IMG/VR virus record: IMGVR_UViG_3300029318_000026
Location: 1 to 38,018 of that record
DNA: 38,018 nt
Strand: one strand, 5' to 3'
Source of the DNA: a virus
Taxonomy: Duplodnaviria > Caudoviricetes
The notes under the pieces are model-generated. The model worked only from the letters and a program-made list of their open reading frames with translations, did not search any database and was not told the origin of the DNA. Made by a program: the position numbers and the translations under genes. This document shows positions 28,940-36,098 of the stretch, piece after piece. Numbering within the stretch: position 1 is the first letter of the stretch; every line of letters starts with the position of its first letter.

Positions 28940-29311
28940 GCTGTCCTCTCTGGGGTTAGTTGTGGTTCATGCTGCGCATGGCCGCACTCGCGGCCGACTC
29001 GAAGTCGGCAAACGTACACAGCTCGTCGATTCGGTCGTTGAAATCGCAGGGGTCGATATCGCTCGGCCGGTCTGGGGTGTCGTCGATGTCGCCAGACTCC
29101 ACAGCATGCATGTAATCCGGGTAGTTCATCCATCGTCGGACGATTGAGAAGGTCCCGTCGATATCCTCGTTGTCGATGATGTAGTGCGCGCCGTCACCGC
29201 CGCGTGGCGTCGTGCCGAAGTGCCACGCGCTAACGCTCCAATCGGCGTTCAGTCCGCATCTAGTGAGACCTTTGCAATTCTTGTAGTTCATGCTGTCCTC
29301 TCTGGGGTTAG
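28928..29311. repeat. 32 bp direct repeat pair (28928-28959, 29280-29311)
   Basis: Identical CTTGTAGTTCATGCTGTCCTCTCTGGGGTTAG, covering the RBS and first four codons (MNYK) of two adjacent genes. Confidence 0.92.
28956..29291 (-). CDS. Hypothetical acidic protein
   Basis: 111 aa, Asp-rich, bracketed by the 32 bp repeats. Confidence 0.6.
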   Translation of the reverse strand: MNYKNCKGLTRCGLNADWSVSAWHFGTTPRGGDGAHYIIDNEDIDGTFSIVRRWMNYPDYMHAVESGDIDDTPDRPSDIDPCDFNDRIDELCTFADFESAASAAMRSMNHN

Positions 29312-29422
29312 GGGGTTAATCAATCGCAAGAAGAGCCAACAACTAACGGGTCAGAGTGTCGCGAGACGTTGACGCGCTACGTTATAGGCTGTTCTTGAGG
29401 CTGATTAGGTTTAAGCGCTCAG

Positions 29423-29585
29423 TGCTGCGGGCGGGATTCGAACCCGCGAACACCTCAGGTGATCACCCTGAGGCGGCTTCAATCCAGGCTGCAAGGGCTT
29501 ACATTAAATATACGCGGCCATATCCGCGCCCCTGCCTACCCGCTCCGCTGCGTCGACTCAGCTTACGCTCCGTGCCTTCCGCAGC
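29423..29585 (-). ncRNA. tRNA-like RNA (163 nt) with large internal insertion
   Basis: Acceptor stem GCTGCGG/CCGCAGC+A, perfect T arm GCGGG-TTCGAAT-CCCGC, long variable-arm-like hairpin; about twice normal tRNA length; no encoded CCA. Confidence 0.65.
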
Positions 29586-29599
29586 ACTGAAAACTTAAA

Positions 29600-29902
29600 C
29601 CTTCCCCGAAGGGTTGGACACGTTCAGGTAGCGCCCGGCGCACACACACTTTAGCCATGCCAGAGCTGGCTCGTTCGGTGTCACCTTACCAGCGCCCCAC
29701 AAGGGCGCATCGCGTCTAGGTCCTAGCTCCTAAGCCGTCGACCTATCGCTTTCCCGGTTACGGCCTTTCACCGCGTCGGGACACACTCACACCATACGCG
29801 GGGTCTGCTACACCACGCGCATCCTGAGTCCTTCTGTGGGGTGACCAGCCCCAGCCAGCGCACACACCTGTGGCGCCGTATGGTCATCGGGGTGCTACCC
29901 CG
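29600..29902 (-). ncRNA. Candidate large structured RNA upstream of the tRNA-like domain
   Basis: Dense hairpins with UAGCA, UGAAA and UUCG loops; no ORF of 60 aa or more. Confidence 0.45.
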
Positions 29903-29926
29903 TCTCTCCTTTTGGGTTATGGGTTG

Positions 29927-30157
29927 TTAGTTTATTGGGGTGTGGGCTTCGTTGTACTTGACCCTACCGATGGTCGTTTCAACCCGACCGTCAATCATCG
30001 ACAAAAGCACGTCTTGCGCTTCTGCCATATCTGTGGCGAGTTGGCTGAGCGCCCCGAAGTCGTCTCTGGTCTCTATCTGCGCCAGCATAACTTTCATGCT
30101 CTGGTCCTCGATCACTTCGATAGCTGCAGCGAGTATCCCGGCTTGCTTCCTAGTCAT
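29927..30157 (-). CDS. Hypothetical protein (first leftward gene)
   Basis: MTRKQAGIL..., 76 aa, preceded by a variant of the leader motif. Confidence 0.55.
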   Translation of the reverse strand: MTRKQAGILAAAIEVIEDQSMKVMLAQIETRDDFGALSQLATDMAEAQDVLLSMIDGRVETTIGRVKYNEAHTPIN

Positions 30158-30360
30158 GGTGTCTCTCGTGTGGGTTGTGGGTTGTTTGGATTGCCTGACT
30201 GGGCCAGTATCGCCCATCGGCTTGAGGACGGTTTACGAGTAGAGTATCACCTCACTTGATGCCCCAAGGGGCTCATCGCTCCGCCCGCTGATGTTAGCGG
30301 CGTGGTCGGCTACGTTGTCAGTCTCTCCGTGTCTCAAGGTCAGTCCCCGTCGACATCTGT

Positions 30361-30420
30361 AAGGTCTCACAGCTGTTAACGGTTTGCAACATAAAAAAAC
30401 AATGTGACCGAAAAAAAGTC
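30361..30420 (-). promoter_or_regulatory. Possible leftward early promoter with UP-like tracts
   Basis: TTGCAA-17-GACCTT with extended TG and upstream T tracts; the -10 is weak. Confidence 0.4.
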
Positions 30421-30620
30421 AAAAGCTCAATGTTCCCACTGGGTTACCGATGAACTTTTTTGGGATGATGTTCACTGGGTGGTGCGAGGGTGTATAGGCT
30501 ACCCCCCTCCATCCATTAATCCGGATGAACGGGTCAAGCTCCGAGGCCCTCCTCCCTGGGCGCATACGAATGACGGGCGCATACGCGTAGCAAGGGGCAT
30601 GCCAATAGGGATGGGGTGGG

Positions 30621-30683
30621 ATGACGCACTGTGTCATGGGGTGATGACGCACTGTGCCATGATGGTATGACGCGGCGTGTCAT
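30621..30683. repeat. Three quasi-palindromic 17 bp repeats at 23 bp period
   Basis: ATGACGCACTGTGTCAT (30621), ATGACGCACTGTGCCAT (30644), ATGACGCGGCGTGTCAT (30667). Confidence 0.85.
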
Positions 30684-30846
30684 GGTACGTGCTACCCCCA
30701 CCAACGCGGTGACCCCCCGCCCTGCCAGGGCGTGTTGTTGCAATTTCTACGCGCCGCTATTTTCCAACCGCACACTAAATCTGATCAGAACCAGCCCACT
30801 TCTCCCCGTTGGCCCCCAGGCCAAAAGGGGCATGTAAATCCATGGG

Positions 30847-30875
30847 TATACAAAACCCTCAAAACGTGCTATAAT
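30847..30875 (+). promoter_or_regulatory. Rightward sigma70 promoter
   Basis: TATACA-17-TATAAT with extended TG (TGCTATAAT) in an AT-rich patch. Confidence 0.65.
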
Positions 30876-31148
30876 ATTGATATATGATACATATTAGAGA
30901 GTTAGCGGTGCGTAGACTGTACGCTTCGCTAACACTCGGGCCCAACCGGTGGCTTTGGGGGTAGAAGTTTGGATGGCTTCGGCGGTTTGCTTTTGTGCAA
31001 AGCCGCCGTGTTTGGAGTAGGAGCTACTCCGGTGGCGTTTCGCCAACGTGCGTAGCGACATTCCCGGAGATGGTGAGATTTGGTAGGAGTCGCCTTGTTG
31101 GTGATCTCCGCTATATAGAAGCGCGCAGGCGCGCGCGAGGTGCTTGGT

Positions 31149-31553
31149 TTGTCAAAGGCTCGTAAGGAAGCTGCTCGTCGCGAGGGTGCTGCTGTCAAGA
31201 CAGACCCTGGCAAGTGGGAGAAGGCTAAGTCTGACGCCAAGGCCCGTATGGGCGGTAAGCACTCTGCACGTGCTATGCAGCTCGCTACCAAGCTCTACAA
31301 GGAGCGTGGCGGTGGGTATAAGGGCAAGAAGAAAGAGACCTCTTTGTCGCGCTGGTCCAAGCAGGACTGGCAGTATTCCGGCAAGGGTAAGGGAGTTTAC
31401 TTGCCTAAGAAGAAGATAGAGAGCCTGAGGAAGACAGCTGCTGGCCGTGAGAAGCTTGCTGCTGCGTCTCGGAAGAAGGCTAAGGCTACGCGTGAGGGTA
31501 AGCAGTACGCACGCCATGGCTTGGCTGCTGGTACGAGTAAGAAGAGGTCTTGA
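31149..31553 (+). CDS. Basic protein (DUF5872-like)
   Basis: TTG start after GAGGTG; HSARAMQLATKLYKERGGGYKG, LSRWSKQDW and YLPKK resemble a family seen in environmental phages and giant viruses (from memory). Confidence 0.7.
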   Translation: MSKARKEAARREGAAVKTDPGKWEKAKSDAKARMGGKHSARAMQLATKLYKERGGGYKGKKKETSLSRWSKQDWQYSGKGKGVYLPKKKIESLRKTAAGREKLAAASRKKAKATREGKQYARHGLAAGTSKKRS

Positions 31554-31849
31554 TGTCAAAGGCACGCAAGGATGCGGCGCTTATGGAGCGCCTGGGCGTA
31601 TCGGGCTACAACAAGCCTAAGCGTACACCTAACCACCCCACCAAGAGCCACGTCGTGTTGGCTAAAGAGGGTGACCGTGTGAAGACCATCCGCTTTGGTG
31701 AGCAGGGAGCTAGCACTGCTGGCAAGCCCAAGGCTGGGGAGTCTGAGCGCATGAAGAAGAAGAGGGCCTCTTTCAAGGCCCGTCACCGCCGGAACATTGC
31801 CAAGGGTAAGATGTCTGCTGCATTTTGGGCAGACAAGGTGAAGTGGTAG
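31553..31849 (+). CDS. Basic conserved phage protein
   Basis: GYNKPKRTPNHPTKSHVVLAK, IRFGEQG, SFKARH and SAAFWADKVKW, a pattern common in aquatic phages. Confidence 0.75.
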   Translation: MSKARKDAALMERLGVSGYNKPKRTPNHPTKSHVVLAKEGDRVKTIRFGEQGASTAGKPKAGESERMKKKRASFKARHRRNIAKGKMSAAFWADKVKW

Positions 31850-31859
31850 GAGTTGAGTG

Positions 31860-32972
31860 ATGGCTGACAAGGTCAGCAGTATCCTTAGTGGCATCTCATC
31901 GGGCTTAAGCGACCCCTTTGAGTTGGGGTTTGATTTTGGGGTCGACGAGCTTGACCCTTCGCAGTTTGACAAGGGCACCCCTGAGCCCGGACGTTTTGAC
32001 GAGACCCCCGCGACTCGCGCGAAGCGCAGGTCTATTCTTGAGCGGCGTGGGCGTCTTTTAGACGCATCCCAGATACCCACTGTTGAGTCGGAGCTTTCGA
32101 TGTCGACTGGGTCTCAGTACGGCACGGACACTAGGACTTCAGGCCTTGATGGTTTTGACTGGCGCACGGGCACGGTAATCCACCCTACTACTGGCGAGAT
32201 TGTAGACGCGCTTGAGCTTGAGTCGGAGCTTGTTAAGCACAGGGCGTCTGGCCCATCCGCTGGCCCATCTTCAACTCCGTCCAGCCGAAGCTTTGAGGTT
32301 AGCCGCCTCGGCGCGGGGTATAAGCGTGGGCACGTAGAGAGGGTTGCCTCTGAGTTTGGCGTCGATGACTTCGACTACGATGCTGATGTGAAGCGCGCGC
32401 GCGATGCAATGTTCCCCCGCCCACCCGCCGTTTCAGAGTTGTCTGACGACCCCATTGACCTCTCGCGCCGAAAACTTGGCCAGCGCAGTTCTGAGCTTAT
32501 TAGGGGCGACAAGGGCTTCATTAGCGGCGTAGCGCCATCAGCACGGTCTACCGCTGCTCGTGGACTGTCTACCGCCATGGGCGTAGCAGCCGCTCCAATC
32601 ATTGACTACGCACTCGACCCAGAGTCGCGCACACCTGTCCAGTTTGCACGCGCACAGGAAGAGGCCATCACGGGTATGGTGCCAGGGCTCGTGAGCCCCT
32701 CTGAGCTTCCGCCTCCAGCCGTTCTCCCGCCTGACCGCGTCAAAGCGGTCGAGGCTACGCAGGGTATGGCTGGCGTGGCTCCTGACACCAAGTCACCCAA
32801 CGTGACTGAGCAAGAGGTGCGCGCCTATATCTCCAACAAGGTCGCCAAGGGAGATAAACTCCCAGCATGGGCACAGAAGATTACCTCAATGAAGGGTGGC
32901 AGGCTCTCCATTAAGCCCGTTAACCCGCGAACAAAGGCACGGCAGGAAGCCGCTAAAAGTGGAGCTAAGTGA
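31860..32972 (+). CDS. Hypothetical low-complexity protein
   Basis: 370 aa, AGGAG RBS; C-terminal KARQEAA. Confidence 0.65.
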   Translation: MADKVSSILSGISSGLSDPFELGFDFGVDELDPSQFDKGTPEPGRFDETPATRAKRRSILERRGRLLDASQIPTVESELSMSTGSQYGTDTRTSGLDGFDWRTGTVIHPTTGEIVDALELESELVKHRASGPSAGPSSTPSSRSFEVSRLGAGYKRGHVERVASEFGVDDFDYDADVKRARDAMFPRPPAVSELSDDPIDLSRRKLGQRSSELIRGDKGFISGVAPSARSTAARGLSTAMGVAAAPIIDYALDPESRTPVQFARAQEEAITGMVPGLVSPSELPPPAVLPPDRVKAVEATQGMAGVAPDTKSPNVTEQEVRAYISNKVAKGDKLPAWAQKITSMKGGRLSIKPVNPRTKARQEAAKSGAK

Positions 32973-33250
32973 TGGCAAAATACCCAGGTGACGCCGAGGT
33001 CGATCGTGTTGTCATGGAGAACACAAAGAGCTACCGCGCCAAACACGGACGCGACGAGCCTTTGCGCGGGGACGAGCCCGAGTGGCTCTTAGCCTCTATC
33101 AAGAGGGTGCGGGCAAAGCTGGGACCAGCGGGTCAGCCTCGCCCTAAGGCGCGGAAAGAGGCTGCTGCATCGCTGGCTAAAAAGAAGTCGGCTAAGCGAC
33201 CGCACAACCCCCGAATGGGCCAAACTAAGCGTAAATACGGGGGTTATTAA
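32972..33250 (+). CDS. Small basic protein
   Basis: Coupled to the upstream stop; contains KARKEAA. Confidence 0.65.
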   Translation: MAKYPGDAEVDRVVMENTKSYRAKHGRDEPLRGDEPEWLLASIKRVRAKLGPAGQPRPKARKEAAASLAKKKSAKRPHNPRMGQTKRKYGGY

Positions 33251-33268
33251 CTTCCACTGAACGAGGCC

Positions 33269-33297
33269 TTGACATCCCCTGGGGCTTCGTTCAGTCT
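33269..33297 (+). promoter_or_regulatory. Sigma70-like promoter inside an inverted repeat
   Basis: TTGACA-17-CAGTCT; repeat arms at 33256-33268 and 33283-33295. Confidence 0.55.
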
Positions 33298-33303
33298 CTT
33301 CTC

Positions 33304-33393
33304 ACCCTCGGAGTAGCTCTCCTTTGGGTTATGGGTTCCATCCCGCTTCATCTGTTGTCACGAGTTGTCACCAGCGGTCGCGGGATGGTTTTA
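33304..33393 (+). ncRNA. Candidate antisense small RNA / operon leader
   Basis: Upstream promoter, 5' hairpin GGAG-TAGCT-CTCC, seed TTTGGGTTATGGGTT, closing stem CCATCCCGC/GCGGGATGG followed by TTTT. Confidence 0.55.
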
Positions 33394-33421
33394 CGTGTCT
33401 TTTCTATACAGGGGATTAGTT

Positions 33422-33685
33422 ATGAACTGGTGCATGGAGAAAAGGTTTCTTCCAAACGGAGACTTGAGCGGTTTTGATGTGGGTCATTACACGCCTGTTG
33501 ACAGGCTCGGTTTGCCTGCTGAGTTGAGTTTTAAAGTGCTGAAGACCTTCTGGGTCAAAGACGAGCATTACGATCATCTTTGTTGGGAGGATAAGGATGC
33601 GATGGCTTTCAGTAGGGCGGCGAGCCTTGTGTCTTTTTTGAACGGTGGGCCGACACCTCCTGAAGACACCCGTTGGGACCGATAG
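33422..33685 (+). CDS. Hypothetical protein (87 aa)
   Basis: AGGGGA RBS; stop overlaps the likely helicase GTG. Confidence 0.6.
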   Translation: MNWCMEKRFLPNGDLSGFDVGHYTPVDRLGLPAELSFKVLKTFWVKDEHYDHLCWEDKDAMAFSRAASLVSFLNGGPTPPEDTRWDR

Positions 33686-35025
33686 TGGATCCTATATTTC
33701 TACCGCAGAGCAGCAGTGTCGAGCGTGAGGTGCTCGCATGCTTGCTCTTAGACCCTTCCAAAACACCCTCGGTGTCCAGCCGTCTGACTGGGGAGGACTT
33801 CCATAACGACGTTAATCGCTTCATCTGGGACGGTATGGTTGTGGCGCATGAGCGCCATACGGACTTTGATGGCGTAGTGCTCGAAGAAGTCATGCGTGAT
33901 CAGGGCTCATGGGGCCGTGTAAGCGGTGGTGACCTCGTCAAGCTCATGGATAGAGCCGGCTCAACCTCCATGCTTGACACCTATGTGGACCGCTTGCTGG
34001 AGATGACCGCTAGGCGCCGCATGCATCAGGCTGCTGAGCAGCTATCATCCATCGCTATAGATGGGGACCTCAGCCCAGGAGAAGCACTCTCCGAGGCTGA
34101 GGCGTTGGTAGGGCGTCTGAGGGAGTCAGGTGAGAATCTAACGGATGGAGATGATGCGGGACCTGTAGTCAATGACTACATGAAGATGGTACACGCCATC
34201 CAGAAGGGTGAAAAGAAGCCGCCACGTATCTCCACAGGCCTCTATCCGCTGGACAAGGCTACCGGAGGAGGCTTTCGACCCGGCTGGTTGGTGCTAGTCA
34301 TGAGCCTTAACGGCCATGGCAAGACCGCGTTGTCCGTAAATGGCTTTGCATGGGCGGTTGCCCACGAGCAGAAGCGACCTGCGCTCATTGTCAGCCTAGA
34401 GATGCCCGCTGATCAGATAATCGGACGGCTTATTGCCGCCGATTCTGGCATCCCGGTGCAACTTCATGACCAGGAAGGCCTCAACGAGGACCAGTTAGTG
34501 GCCCTTACGCACGCTGCACACCGTGTTTCAGCCGCCCCAATCAGGGTGGTTGGCCACCAAGCGGGCACAATCGACGGTGTTAGGCAGGCTGCTCGGTCCT
34601 ATAAGGCCCAGAAAGGGGACCTTGGCATCATTGTGGTGGACTATATCCAGCTAATGAGGTCCCAAAAGCGCAGCAGTAACCGAACTGAGGAGCTTGAGCA
34701 GATAAGTCGGGGCCTAAAAGAGCTTGCTATGGAGTTAGATTGCGTGGTGATTAGCATCTCTCAACCCACAATGGCGGCTAAGAGGACGAAAGAGCGTCCA
34801 ACTATCCGCGATTCCAAGGGTTCAGGAGCAATCGATGATGATGCTGATTTGGGTCTTGTGCCTTGGCTGCTACATAATGTTAACGAAAACGCTAGCCCTT
34901 GGGAGGCGCAGATTGGCATGGATAAGTTCCGCCACGGCCCCCGTCGCAACCTATATGAGAGCGATATTGAGTGGGATGGCAGCAGAACTCGTTTCATTTC
35001 TGCGGGATTAAGGCATCGTGGCTAA
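33685..35025 (+). CDS. dnaB: Replicative DNA helicase, DnaB family (start 33685 or 33673)
   Basis: N-terminal VEREVLACLL..DFH; ISTG..LD..TGGF.PG.L, GHGKT, SLEM, IVVDYIQLM, ISRGLKELA, SGAIDDDAD and KFRHGP. Confidence 0.93.
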   Translation: MDPIFLPQSSSVEREVLACLLLDPSKTPSVSSRLTGEDFHNDVNRFIWDGMVVAHERHTDFDGVVLEEVMRDQGSWGRVSGGDLVKLMDRAGSTSMLDTYVDRLLEMTARRRMHQAAEQLSSIAIDGDLSPGEALSEAEALVGRLRESGENLTDGDDAGPVVNDYMKMVHAIQKGEKKPPRISTGLYPLDKATGGGFRPGWLVLVMSLNGHGKTALSVNGFAWAVAHEQKRPALIVSLEMPADQIIGRLIAADSGIPVQLHDQEGLNEDQLVALTHAAHRVSAAPIRVVGHQAGTIDGVRQAARSYKAQKGDLGIIVVDYIQLMRSQKRSSNRTEELEQISRGLKELAMELDCVVISISQPTMAAKRTKERPTIRDSKGSGAIDDDADLGLVPWLLHNVNENASPWEAQIGMDKFRHGPRRNLYESDIEWDGSRTRFISAGLRHRG

Positions 35026-35575
35026 ACCCGAAGGGAGCATAAGGCTGCACGTAGTGCCTTGCACATTGAAGATGGCATGCAAGTTCATATCGATGGCGCA
35101 TAGGCATCACAGGCCGCCGGTTGGCAGTGTTTTTAACCTAGCGGTTGTTGATACATCAGGGATGGTAAGGGGGGTGGCCACTGTAGGCAGGCCAGTTGCG
35201 AGGATGCTTGACGATGGGTTCACCGTTGAGGTCAACAGAGTGGCTACTGATGGCACTCCCAACGCATGCTCCGCTCTATATGGGGCAGTTGCTAGGGCTG
35301 CTAGGTCCCTGGGGTACACGACGTGTATAACCTACACGCTGCCGTCCGAGGGGGGGGCTAGCCTCAGAGGTGCCGGGTGGGAGATAGACTGCGATAACGC
35401 TGGTGGCGGAAGTTGGGTCCACTCTGGCAAGAAAAGGAATAACGATTGGCCTCTCATGGCCAAATGGCGATGGTCAAAGTCACTTTCAAAAGCAGACAGG
35501 CCGTCAAAGATAACATGGCCAGAGCCAAAGGATGCTCCTCAGATGACGTTGTTTAGTGGTGCTCACAATGAGTAA
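35018..35575 (+). CDS. XF1762-family / Mom-like GNAT-fold protein
   Basis: HRHHRP, GVATVGRPVARMLDDG, EVNRVATDGTPNACSALYG and ITYTL.SE.GASLRGAGW. Confidence 0.78.
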   Translation: MAKPEGSIRLHVVPCTLKMACKFISMAHRHHRPPVGSVFNLAVVDTSGMVRGVATVGRPVARMLDDGFTVEVNRVATDGTPNACSALYGAVARAARSLGYTTCITYTLPSEGGASLRGAGWEIDCDNAGGGSWVHSGKKRNNDWPLMAKWRWSKSLSKADRPSKITWPEPKDAPQMTLFSGAHNE

Positions 35576-36095
35576 ATCAAAGAGCAAGTTTCCCCCGTGT
35601 CCCCCTCCTGCCCACCGAGCACCTAGCCGATGGGTGAGTATTGACCCGGCGAGTGGCAAGAAAGCCACCGCCGTGGTCGTATGGGAGGGCACAGAGCCCG
35701 TTGACTTCCGTGACATCGACCATACAGACTACCTTGCGGTGAGCGGGGTGGCCGTCGACATCGACCTAATGGTGATGGAGGGTGGTGGCTACGTTGGTGT
35801 GAACGCAGCAGCGTCTCTTGGCTTAGCTAGGGTGCGTGAGCGCTTTGCAACTAGCGCATGGTACGAGGATGTACCCTATGTGGAGGTTGCGCCTACGCAC
35901 TGGAGGGTTGAGTTGGACTTACCGTCGCAGCCAAGGTCCCGCGCAGTTGCGGCTACGCGCGACATGTGTAATATGTTGGCTAAGCCCAGACATTCCCCGG
36001 CGTTACCGCTGGCTCATCTGGCTAAGAATGACGATAGACGAGCGGCCCTTCTGATTGGTTGGGCATGTTGTCACGCCTGGAACTGGTTGGAGTAG
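35568..36095 (+). CDS. RuvC-like Holliday junction resolvase
   Basis: VSIDPAS, MVMEGG, VAPTHWR and NDDRRAALLIG follow the RuvC motif order. Confidence 0.7.
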   Translation: MSKSKSKFPPCPPPAHRAPSRWVSIDPASGKKATAVVVWEGTEPVDFRDIDHTDYLAVSGVAVDIDLMVMEGGGYVGVNAAASLGLARVRERFATSAWYEDVPYVEVAPTHWRVELDLPSQPRSRAVAATRDMCNMLAKPRHSPALPLAHLAKNDDRRAALLIGWACCHAWNWLE

Positions 36096-36098
36096 ACC

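Noticed and set aside
29423-29585. Canonical tRNA or tmRNA call
   Set aside because: Too long for a tRNA with no clean D arm; too short for tmRNA, lacks G3:U70 and a credible tag frame (only a tiny MAAYI ORF).
30621-30683. Mini CRISPR array
   Set aside because: Repeats are 17 bp with 6 bp gaps, far too short for spacers, and there are no cas genes.
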